This document shows, in pieces, positions 39,223 through 50,900 of a stretch of 64,000 bases of DNA. The notes below the pieces were generated by a model. The model ran no database searches. It saw only the letters and a list, made by a program, of their open reading frames with translations, and was not told the DNA's origin. This DNA comes from Macrostomum lignano. Its lineage: Eukaryota. The DNA lies in the NCBI GenBank assembly GCA_002269645.1, contig NIVC01003987.1, forward strand, positions 2,283 to 66,282, given 5' to 3'. The translations under genes were made by a program, and so were the position numbers. How positions within the stretch are numbered: the first letter of the stretch is position 1; every line of letters starts with the position of its first letter.

Positions 39223-39784
39223 GGTAGTGGGTGGCCAAAGCCAATAAATACGAGCAACCCAAAGAAAACACTGGGCAATCAGCACCAATTACTGGGCAGC
39301 TGCAAGGAATCGGTGCCTGCTGTCAGGAGGTCCAGTCAACCCTTGGGGACTTTTGGGGGCCGCTAGAAAAAGTGGCAGGCAGGCAGAAACAAGCCGACAC
39401 CGCCTGAGAGAAATCTTCAACGCACAGCGCGGCCTGTCCCTCCCATTTTCCAGTTTCCAGTGTGCTTCCACCGGCAGACCCTGGACGCCCAGGGATTGTC
39501 CCCGGGAATGGGATAATGCGATTGCTAAGCAGACCGTCTTGCTCCCTGGTCCCCTCTTGTCCCCCACTGTCTGCTTTCTGCTTTGTACAGAACCGGCATT
39601 TGCAAGTCCTGCAGGAGTTTCTTCTGCCTTTTATCTGGCACTTCTCCCTGCCAGCCCGGGTCCTCACCTCCCACTTAACCCCCGTCCGCTTTTGGCTGCA
39701 CTGCACTTTCCCATCTGTTGCTTCGGCTTAAGCGACAGAAGTCGGTGAAGAAAAATGGAGTAAAGCAAAAGCAGAAAAGAAGAT

Positions 39785-40790
39785 CTCTGTCTCTCTCTCA
39801 GCCCATCTCTGTCTCTCTCTCAGCCCATCTCTGTCTCTCTCTCAGCCCATCTCTGTCTCTCTCTCAGCCCATCTCTGTCTCTCTCTCAGCTTATCTCTGT
39901 CTCACTCCCAGCCCATCTCTGTCTCACTCCCAGCCCATCTCTGTCTCTCTCTCAGCCCATCTCTGTCTCTCTCTCAGCTTATCTCTGTCTCACTCCCAGC
40001 CCATCTCTGTCTCACTCCCAGCCCATCTCTGTCTCACTCCCAGCCCATCTCTGTCTCTCTCTCAGCCCATCTCTGTCTCTCTCTCAGCTTATCTCTGTCT
40101 CACTCCCAGCCCATCTCTGTCTCACTCCCAGCCCATCTCTGTCTCACTCCCAGCCCATCTCTGTCTCTCTCTCAGCCCATCTCTGTCTCTCTCTCAGCTT
40201 ATCTCTGTCTCACTCCCAGCCCATCTCTGTCTCACTCCCAGCCCATCTCTGTCTCACTCCCAGCCCATCTCTGTCTCACTCTCAGCCCATCTCTGTCTCT
40301 CTCTCAGCTTATCTCTGTCTCACTCCCAGCCCATCTCTGTCTCTCTCTCAGCCCATCTCTGTCTCTCTCTCAGCCCATCTCTGTCTCTCTCTCAGCCCAT
40401 CTCTGTCTCACTCTCAGCCCATCTCTGTCTCTCTCTCAGCCCATCTCTGTCTCTCTCCCAGCCCATCTCTGTCTCTCTCTCAGCCCATCTCTGTCTCTCT
40501 CTCAGCCCATCTCTGTCTCTCTCTCAGCCCATCTCTGTCTCTCTCTCAGCCCATCTCTGTCTCTCTCTCAGCCCATCTCTGTCTCCTCCCAGCCCATCTC
40601 TGTCTCCTCCCAGCCCATCTCTGTCTCACTCCCAGCCCATCTCTGTCTCACTCCCAGCCCATCTCTGTCTCACTCTCAGCCCATCTCTGTCTCCTCCCAG
40701 CCCATCTCTGTCTCTCTCTCAGCCCATCTCTGTCTCACTCTCAGTCCATCTCTGTCTCACTCTCAGCCCATCTCTGTCTCACTCTCAGCC
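39785..40790 (+). repeat. About 22-bp pyrimidine-rich minisatellite (CAGCCCATCTCTGTCTCTCTCT)n
   Basis: About 45 copies. Confidence 0.95.
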
Positions 40791-41204
40791 CCTATCAACC
40801 ATCCGACTGGAACTTTTTTGTTCGACTGTCTCCACCAGCCGGTCCTGGCTTGCCAAAAGCCTTTAGAAGTTGCTTTTCAACCTAAAGCCCGTTTATTAAT
40901 CTGCAGCGAAATTAGCAGCAGATGGCATCAAAAGAAAAGTGCAAACAAGTCAAAAAGCAGCCAGGATTTTCGCGTTTGCTGTTTTGCACTTCCTGAACCT
41001 TGAAAACTGCCTGCTTTAACGCAGAGGGTTTGGTGGAATTCTTAGGTCCGAAAAATTCTCGTTTTTTTCTGCAAGAAAGCAGCAAAGATCAAAAGTGGAG
41101 ATACGGAGGGGTCGGAGGACTGGACAGCTCCCGAGGTTTCAAAGGATTCACTACCCTTCGCCTCTCGCTACCTTCTCCTGTCTCCTTTCATCTGCCTGAC
41201 ATTT

Positions 41205-42365
41205 GCTGATCTGACATTTGCTGATCTGACATTTGCTGATCTGACAGTTGCCAGCCTGACATTTGCTAGTCTGACATTTGCTGATCTGACATTTGCTGAT
41301 CTGACATTTGCTGATCTGACATTTATTGATCTGACAGTTGCTGATCTGACATTTATTGATCTGACATTTATTGACCTGACATTTGCTGATCTGACAGTTG
41401 CTGATCTGACATTTGCTGATCTGACATTTGCTGATCTGACATTTGCTGATCTGACAGTTGCTGATCTGACATTTGCTGATCTGACAGTTGCTGATCTGAC
41501 ATTTGCTGATCTGACATTTGCTGATCTGACAGTTGCTGATCTGACATTTGCTGATCTGACATTTGCTGATCTGACATTTGCTGATCTGACATTTATTGAT
41601 CTGACATTTATTGACCTGACATTTGCTGATCTGACATTTGCTGATCTGACATTTATTGATCTGACATTTATTGACCTGACATTTGCTGATCTGACAGTTG
41701 CTGATCTGACATTTGCTGATCTGACATTTGCTGATCTGACATTTGCTGATCTGACATTTATTGATCTGACATTTATTGACCTGACATTTGCTGATCTGAC
41801 ATTTGCTGATCTGACATTTGCTGATCTGACATTTATTGATCTGACATTTGCTGATCTGACATTTATTGATCTGACATTTGTTGATCTGACATTTGTTGAT
41901 CTGACATTTATTGACCTGACATTTGCTGATCTGACATTTGCTGATCTGACATTTGCTGATCTGACATTTATTGATCTGACATTTGCTGATCTGACATTTA
42001 TTGATCTGACATTTGTTGATCTGACATTTGTTGATCTGACATTTATTGATCTGACATTTGCTAATCTGACATTTGCTGATCTGACATTTGCTGATCTGAC
42101 ATTTGCTGATCTGACATTTGCTGATCTGACATTTGCTGATCTGACATTTGCTGATCTGACAGTTGCTGATCTGAAATTTGCTGATCTGACATTTATTGAT
42201 CTGACATTTGCTGATCTGACAGTTGCTGATCTGAAATTTGCTAGCCTGACATTTGCTGATCTGAAATTTGCTGATCTGACATTTGCTGAACTGACATTTG
42301 CTGATCTGACATTTGCCAGCCTGACATTTGCTAGTCTGACATTTGCTGATATGACATTTGCTAGC
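41205..42365 (+). repeat. 15-bp minisatellite (CTGACATTTGCTGAT)n
   Basis: About 77 copies; edge variants CTGACATTTGCCAGC relate it to the 7.1/8.1-kb 14-mer. Confidence 0.95.
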
Positions 42366-43374
42366 TTAGCTTGACATTCTCACTTCAATAGAGCAGAAAA
42401 GTTTTTCTTTCAATCTAAAAAAACAGTAATTTACTATTTTCAATATCGACTTTTTTCAACTTGCAACCCCCCCCCCTATCACTCAATCGGAATCAATGAT
42501 TGGCGCCATGCCCCAGCTGCAGTTGTACAGCTCGGTGGACTCGAGAGGCAGGCAGCCAGACACATCGCTCCGCGTGTTTTACAGAATCCGAAGCGCAGCT
42601 TCGTTTTTATTTTTATCTGCCAGAGGGCTGGGAATGGAAACCGCAGCCCGGGCAGTCAATATCCCCTCGGCTGAGGCTGGAGAATCAATGCAGGCTGAGG
42701 CTTCGTTGCATAAAAAAACTGCCACTGGCAAGGAAAGAAGCCAGAGAGAGGGGGCGGAACGAAGCTTGTGGGGATTTTTAATTAAACTTCTCCAGCGCAA
42801 CTCCATCCCCAACCCTCACAATCTCCAAACCTCGCCCCAACTTTAAGCTCGTGGCCAAACGCTGCCAAGAGATGTCGGGTTTTTCTGTCTCGGAAAGGCA
42901 ACTTCTCTTCGGGTGGGCGGAGCTCCAGAATCGACAAGCTGATAGACAAGGCGCGATAATGCCGACTGGATATGAGACAAAAATCCCATCGGCCGATATT
43001 GAATGACACTGCATGGGAGAAGGCGGGGGGCGAGACCGCGGTTCCGGCTCCGATTGTGACAAATGGGGCCAATGCTGTCTGGGAGCGCAGCTCACCCCAG
43101 CCGACACAGACAGATGATGCTCCGCGTGAGTTGCAGATGCTGGAGGGGGGGGGGGCTGCGCGAGTCTGACAGGACGGTGGACAAATTGGAGCTATTTTTA
43201 GAGATAAGGTGAGCACACTGAGAAGTAGGGCTGAGATCAGGGGGAGATTGACGGACAAGACTGGAGGTGTGAGGAATGAGATGAAGAGACACGAAGGGGA
43301 GCAGGAATCACGGAACAGGTTAAAATAAATGAAGTACTGGCTTATGCTAAGCCAGTCGAGACAAGAAGAGAAAG

Positions 43375-45845
43375 ACAGGGAGAAATAGGGAAAGATAAGG
43401 AGAGAGAAAGAGAGAGACAGGGAGAGAGACAGGGAGAGACAGGGAGAGAGACAGGGAGAGAGACAGGGAGAGACAGGGAGAGAGACAGGGAGAGAGACAG
43501 GGAGAGAGACAGGGAGAGAGACAGGGAGAGAGACAGGGAGACAGGGAGAAAGGAAGGGAGACAGGGAGAGAGACAGGGAGAGAGACAGGGAGAGAGACAG
43601 GGAGAGAGACAGAGAGAGACAGGGAGAGATAAGGAGAGAGAAAGAGAGAGACAGGGAGAGAGACAGGGAGACAGGGAGAGAGACAGGGAGACAGGGAGAG
43701 AGACAGGGAGAGAGACAGGTAGAGAGAGACAGGGAGAGAGACAGGGAGACAGGGAGAAAGGAAGGGAGACAGGGAGAGAGACAGGGAGAAAGGAAGGGAG
43801 ACAGGGAGAGAGACAGGGAGAAAGGAAGGGAGACAGGGAGAGAGACAGGGAGAAAGGAAGGGAGACAGGGAGAGAGACAGGTATAGAGAGACAGGGAGAG
43901 AGACAGGGAGACAGGGAGAAAGGAAGGGAGACAGGGAGAGAGACAGGGAGACAGGGAGAGAGACAGGGAGAGAGACAGGGAGAGAGACAGGGAGAGAGAC
44001 AGGGAGAGAGACAGGGAGACAGGGAGAAAGGAAGGGAGACAGGGAGAGAGACAGAGAGACAGGGAGAGAGACAGGGAGAAAGGAAGGGAGACAGGGAGAG
44101 AGACAGGGAGAGAGACAGGGAGAGAGACAGGGAGACAGGGAGAAAGGAAGGGAGACAGGGAGAGAGACAGGGAGACAGGGAGAGAGACAGGGAGACAGGG
44201 AGAGAGACAGGGAGAAAGGAAGGGAGACAGGGAGAGAGACAGGGAGACAGGGAGACAGGAAGGAAGACAGGGAGAGAGACAGGGAGACAGGGAGAGAGAC
44301 AGGGAGAAAGGAAGGGAGACAGGGAGAGAGACAGGTAGAGAGAGACAGGGAGAGAGACAGGGAGACAGGGAGAAAGGAAGGGAGACAGGGAGAGAGACAG
44401 GTAGAGAGAGACAGGGAGAGAGACAGGGAGACAGGGAGAAAGGAAGGGAGACAGGGAGAGAGACAGGGAGAAAGGAAGGGAGACAGGGAGAGAGACAGGG
44501 AGAAAGGAAGGGAGACAGGGAGAGAGACAGGGAGAAAGGAAGGGAGACAGGGAGAGAGACAGAGAGAGAGACAGGGAGAGATCCAGAGAGAGAGACAGGG
44601 AGAGAGACAGAGAGAGAGACAGGGAGAGATCCAGAGAGAGAGACAGGGAGAGAGACAGAGAGAGAGACAGGGAGAGAGACAGGGAGACAGGGAGAAAGGA
44701 AGGGAGACAGGGAGAGAGACAGGGAGAGAGACAGGGAGAGAGACAGGGAGAGAGACAGAGAGAGACAGGGAGAGATAAGGAGAGAGAAAGAGAGAGACAG
44801 GGAGAGAGACAGGGAGACAGGGAGAGAGACAGGGAGAGAGACAGGGAGAGAGACAGGGAGAGAGACAGGGAGACAGGGAGAGAGACAGGGAGAAAGGAAG
44901 GGAGACAGGGAGAGAGACAGGGAGAGAGACAGGGAGAGAGACAGGGAGAGAGACAGGGAGACAGGGAGAAAGGAAGGGAGACAGGGAGAGAGACAAGGAA
45001 GGGAGACAGGGAGAGAGACAGGGAGACAGGGAGAGAGACAGGGAGAAAGGAAGGGAGACAGGGAGAGAGACAGGGAGAGAGACAGGGAGAGAGACAGGGA
45101 GACAGGGAGAAAGGAAGGGAGACAGGGAGAGAGACAGGTAGAGAGAGACAGGGAGAGAGACAGGGAGACAGGGAGAAAGGAAGGGAGACAGGGAGAGAGA
45201 CAGGGAGAAAGGAAGGGAGACAGGGAGAGAGACAGGGAGAAAGGAAGGGAGACAGGGAGAGAGACAGGGAGAAAGGAAGGGAGACAGGGAGAGAGACAGA
45301 GAGAGAGACAGGGAGAGATCCAGAGAGAGAGACAGGGAGAGATCCAGAGAGAGAGACAGGGAGAGAGACAGAGAGAGAGACAGGGAGAGAGACAGGGAGA
45401 GAGACAGAGAGAGAGACAGGGAGAGAGACAGAGAGAGAGACAGGGAGAGAGACAGAGAGAGAGACAGAGAGAGACAGGGAGAGAGACAGAGAGAGAGACA
45501 GGGAGAGAGACAGAGAGAGAGACAGGGAGAGAGACAGAGAGAGAGACAGGGAGAGAGACAGAGAGAGAGACAGGGAGAGATCCAGAGAGAGAGACAGGGA
45601 GAGAGACAGAGAGAGAGACAGGGAGAGATCCAGAGAGAGAGACAGGGAGAGAGACAGAGAGAGAGACAGGGAGAGAGACAGAGAGAGAGAGACAGAGAGA
45701 GAGAGACAGAGAGAGAGACAGAGAGAGAGACAGAGAGAGAGACAGAGAGAGATCCAGAGAGAGAGACAGAGAGAGAGACAGAGAGAGAGACAGGGAGAGA
45801 GACAGAGAGAGAGACAGGGAGAGAGACAGAGAGAGAGACAGAGAG
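43375..45845 (+). repeat. Purine-rich satellite (GAGAGACAGGGA / GAAAGGAAGGGAGACAGG)n
   Basis: About 2.5-kb array with higher-order blocks. Confidence 0.95.
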
Positions 45846-46782
45846 CCAGAGTGAACAGGGGCAAAAGCAAGTCTGGAGAAATAATAATGAAGGGAGCAAT
45901 GATAAGCAGACAGCAAAGCTTCTGAAACAATTTGACATTTGAGAAAATAAAAAAAATCACAAAGCAACTGTGTGCGCCATTGAGCGGGCAGAGAGAGAGT
46001 TGGAAGGCCAACCCTCACTGGCTGAACCGCACGCGCCCAAGTTGCCTCAAAATTATTTCGCTCAACTTTCGCCGCTTGACTCGGCCAGGCCGAGAGAGCG
46101 CCGTCAGCTGCTGCGTCACTCCGGGATCTTCCCACTTGTCAGCGCGGTCAGGGCAGAGGGAGGGGGAATGACGGCAGAGTCTTTACGGGTTTCTTCCCTT
46201 GTCCTGGCGCAGCCGCAGCTGTCCGCCAGTCAATATCCCTGCAGTTCAATTATTGATTCCGCTGTCATTCTGCTTCTATTCCTACTAGGAGAGCAGAGCG
46301 GAATTTTCTCTGGCAAAGAGTTGATCTCGAAGCGAGAGACGCCAAATCCCTATGAAGCAGCAAGTGCAAGCAGCTCTTCACTAAACCGATGCAAATTGCA
46401 TGGCAACGCCTCGCAGTTCGTCAGCAACTCACCTGCCCCGCCGCTGGATTTGTCGCCGCAGAAGAGGAAACTTTTTCTGGCTGCCTATTTTGATATTTCT
46501 CTTAGGAAACTGTCCTCGGGCCAGTGTAAATAGTTGCAGTGAGCATTGAACCCCCCACTTGCTGGAATGGGCTTGGCTGGCCAATGACGGCTGGCCAAGA
46601 ATCTGATTGGCTGTGGACAAATCGCTAAGCCTATCGCTAAGCAAAAAAGTTCACACAATTTTATATCACCCTCTGGACTTCCAAACTGCAAATTACCCAA
46701 GTTTATAAAGCTGATTGTCTTCCTGAAATGCTAGCGATGTTAGATAATAACATTTAGTATGAATATACATAGGATGCTGCTT

Positions 46783-46995
46783 GGGCGGCCCTGTGGTCTA
46801 GGGCGGCGCTCTGATGCGCCAGCGGCCCAGGCTCGATTCCAAGTGCAGTCACATTCATTTTGACTAAACTGTACACTCCTGTGTGAGGGTGTGCCTGCTC
46901 AGGGGAGTCGGCGGAATGGGCAGCAATGCCTCTCGCTGGTTGTCTGACAATGTCACTTGAAGTGCGCCAGGGTGCCCCTGCCTATAACAATTCAG
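46783..46995 (+). mobile_element. tRNA-derived SINE family B, internally deleted copy
   Basis: A-box-like TGGTCTAGG and B-box-like GCTCGATTCC. Shares CCAGCGGCCCAGGCTCGATTCCAAGTGCAGTC and a 32-nt core with 48802-49100. Confidence 0.75.
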
Positions 46996-47329
46996 AATAA
47001 AAATGTGCTGCTCACGAAAGACATCCTGTTAGCATTGATCAGTTGGTTGCGTACTCTGTGTATATTTCTTCAGCTAAAATCTTTCGCAGGAGAAAGACTA
47101 CAACACAATTGCTTTGAAGAAAATTTGAGACTGGGAGAGCGATAAAAAGTTGGTGTTTAAAAACATAATTGCAGCGACAGAGAGCGGTTATTGACAGACT
47201 AGCAAGTCAGAACTAGCGGACTTGGTGCGAGTGAAAAAAGCATTGAAGCTGTGCACTTTTGTACCGTACACTTGGGGTCAGCTGGTAATGATGGGGGTCA
47301 GGGTTAATCTGGAATGAGTTGAGTAGTTC

Positions 47330-47812
47330 GGAGTGGGTCAGCTGGATCCGGAGTGGGTCAGCTGGATACGGAGTGGGTCAGCTGGATACGGAGTGGGTCA
47401 GCTGGATACGGAGTGGGTCAGCTGGATACGGAGTGGGTCAGCTGGATACGGAGTGGGTCAGCTGGATCCGGAGTGGGTCAGCTGGATACGGAGTGGGTCA
47501 GCTGGATACGGAGTGGGTCAGCTGGATACGGAGTGGGTCAGCTGGATCCGGAGTGGGTCAGCTGGATACGGAGTGGGTCAGCTGGATACGGAGTGGGTCA
47601 GCTGGATACGGAGTGGGTCAGCTGGATACGGAGTGGGTCAGCTGGATCCGGAGTGGGTCAGCTGGATACGGAGTGGTCGAAGTGGGTCAGCTGGATCCGG
47701 AGTGGATCAGAGTGGGTCAGCTGGATTTGGAATGGGTCAGAGTGGGTCAGCTGGATCCGGAGTGGGTCCGAGTGGGTCAGCTGGGTTTGGAATGGGTCAG
47801 AGTGGGTCAGCT
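47330..47812 (+). repeat. 20-bp minisatellite (GAGTGGGTCAGCTGGATACG)n, 3' of BBS2
   Basis: About 23 copies. Confidence 0.95.
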
Positions 47813-47915
47813 GCAAGTCAAACAAAGCTCAAAAGTGATGACACGCATTTCAGATTCAAATAAAGTGCATCAATGAGAAAACTTCTCAAAAGAGGTAATC
47901 CGCGTCTCCGACTGC

Positions 47916-50900
47916 TCAAGCCGAGCCGGAGCGAATGATTTTGTGCAGAGCGCCGAGATTGCTGGCCTTCACCGCGGCCCGGCAGTCGTTGACCGCCTGA
48001 GTTTTAAATCTGCCAGCCCGCAGCCGGCCGGCCCGCTGGATGATCTGGTTCAGCGCCTTCAGCGACTCGCTCAGAGCCTGCTGGTTGGCCGCTCGCATTG
48101 AGTAGGACGAGGCCAGGTCACGATTCAGGTCGCGGAGATCCCTGGGGATGAGACGGTCGGAGCAACGCAACCGGAAATGAGCCCCAATTCAACCGGAAAT
48201 GAGCCCCAATGCAGCGGGAAATGAGCCCCAATGCAGCCGGAAATGAGCCCCAATGCAATCGGAAATGAGCCCCAATGCAACCGGAAATGAGCCCCAATGC
48301 AACCGGAAATGAGCCCCAATGCAATCGGAAATGAGCCCCAATGCAACAGGAAATGAGCCCCAATGCAACAGGAAATGAGCCCCAATGCAGCGGGAAATGA
48401 GCCCCAATGCAGCCGGAAATGAGCCCCAATGCAACCCGAAATGAGCCCCAATGCAGCCCGAAATGAGCCCCAATGCAGCCCGAAATGAGCCCCAATGCAA
48501 TCGGAAATGAGCCCCAATGCAACAGGAAATGAGCCCCAATGCAACAGGAAATGAGCCCCAATGCAGCGGGAAATGAGCCCCAATGCAGCCGGAAATGAGC
48601 CCCAATGCAACCCGAAATGAGCCCCAATGCAGCCCGAAATGAGCCCCAATGCAGCCGGAAATGAGCCCCAATGCAACCGGAAATGAGCCCCAATGCAACC
48701 GGAAATGAGCCCCAATGCAACCGGAAGTTGGGGTCTGCAAACAGCCATTTTTGTAATCGGAATCCCTCCGAAAAAATTGATTTTTTGCAACTGTCGGATG
48801 AGGGGCTGGGCCGTAGCCCAGCGGTCTGGCGCGGGGCTCTGGTGTGCCAGCGGCCCAGGCTCGATTCCAAGTGCAGTCGCAATAATTTGGGGCTGAATTG
48901 GAATCTCGGCTTCGCTCTGCTCTCGTGCAATTAACGGCCTTGAGAGCCAACCCCCCAAGGCGCAGTGAAGTGTACATGCCTAACGATAAATAAAGTTAGG
49001 GCCGATGCACACTCCTGTGTGAGTGTGTGCCTGTGGGTATGACTGTGTACGTATCCGCGCGCTTGTGTGCCTGCTCAGGGGAGTCGGCGGAATGGGCAAT
49101 GTCTCAGCTCACTCACTTGTAGGCCTTCTTTAAGTTCACAAAATCTCCCAATAGCCTGGCGTCCTCCGCCCGCACCACCAGGCCGCGCACCAGGTTGGAG
49201 CTGTCGGCCATATCGCCGGAGAGGCGCTGGCGCTGCGCCTCGAACTCGCTGATTCGGTCCACCAGACTTTTCAGACTGTCAGCCAGCCCGGGAAACTCGG
49301 CCTCCGAGGCCAGGTCCTCCAGGCCGAGGTAGCCGGCCAGGGCGGTGACCAGCTCGCCAGCCAGCTCCATGTTGTCCGTGCCGATAACCTGCGTAGTTGC
49401 GCGGAACACTACTGATAGTAGAAATGTAAGAAAATTGACGTGAAATCTAAATGATTTCTAAATGCACATCCAGACACAGAGAGAGTAAACATGATTCATT
49501 TGAGTCAGGAAGAGTCAGCTAGAATAGAAATGAGTCAGGAGTAGTCAGCTAGACCATAAATGAGTCAGGAATAGTCAGCTAGAGTAGAAATGAGTCAGGA
49601 GTAGTCAGCTAAAATAGAAATGAGTCAGGAGTAGTCAGCTAGACCAGAAATGAGTCAGGAGTAGTCAGCTATGCCAGAAATGAGTCAGGAGTAGTCAGCT
49701 ATGCCAGAAATGAGTCAGGAGTAGTCAGCTATGCCATAAATGAGTCAGGAGTAGTCAGTTAGGCTAGAAATGAGTCAGGAAGAATCCATTAACAAACCAT
49801 TTTGTCGCTCTCCGCCCAGAGCCGCAGCGCCTCCCCGGTTGCCATGGAGACGAATCGGCAATCAAGCGGGCCGCCGTTGCCGTCGACCTCCTGGGCCAGC
49901 AGGAAGTTGGCGTTGATCCACATGGCCACCCGCTGCAGCCGCTCCTGCAGGCGAAAGCGGACGAAGCCGGCGGGCTGGGCGGCGGCCTCCGGGGCGACGG
50001 GGGCAAAGACGGCGAACCGCGGCAGAGACCGGGTGGTCTCGAACACGTGGAACTGGGCGGCACCGCGCGGGCCCACCAGGCACTTCAGGTGCAGGTCCAC
50101 GCTGGCGCACTTGCTGGGGTACAGCGGGATGTCCAGGCTGGCGCCCAGCCGGCTGGCGGGCGGGTGAGTCACGTGACTCTCGCCGTCGAAGATGCCCTCG
50201 GCGAAGACGATGACGGCCCGGATGGCGGTGCTGTTGGTGGTGGCCACGCGGAGGCAGACGCAGGGCGCGGGCTTGTGCGCCAGGTCCACCGACAGGGACG
50301 TCTGCACCTGCGGCGGCGGGACAGGGAATGTGGGATTGTGACAGGTAGGGAATGTGACATGTAGGGAATGTGACATGTAGGGAATGTGACATGTAGGGAA
50401 TGTGACATGTAGGGAATGTGAAATGTAGGGAATGTGACATGTAGGGAATGTGACATGTAGGGAATGTGACATGTAGGGAATGTAACATGTAGGGAATGTG
50501 ACATGTAGGGAATGTGAAATGTAGGGAATGTGAAATGCAGGGAATGTGACATGTAGGGAATGTGAAATGCAGGGAACGTGACGCGCACTCACCTGAGTGT
50601 TGGCTGGGATGGCAGATGCCGTGTCAGAGGCGGCTCCGCTCAAGCCGCTGATGCCGCCACCGCCACCGCTGCTGCCGGCGAGCTTCTCAGCAGCTGCAGG
50701 AGCCGCAGTCCGAGTCTGCTGCCGCTGCTGCTGCAGCTGAGCCTTGGCGTTCTCCTCGTAGTTGTGCAACTCGAGCTGCAAGTTCTGCCTGGTCTGCATG
50801 AGGCTGTGCACCGAGCTGGCCGAGTCCACGCCGGTGGTTTCCAGGAGGGTGGCGCGCAGGTGAGTGGGCACGGGGTCGAAGGAGCGAACCTGTTGATCAA

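Noticed and set aside
42370-43370. Coding exons in the unique islands between arrays (also 39225-39780 and 45850-46700)
   Set aside because: The ORFs lack recognisable motifs, coding-like composition or phase-compatible splice pairs.
46874-46922. Canonical HDV-like, hammerhead or twister ribozyme
   Set aside because: No P3/L3 (no TCC loop), no P4 and no positioned catalytic C. CTGATGA hits elsewhere (e.g. about 57865 and 59450, minus strand) lie in coding sequence without a GAAA partner stem.
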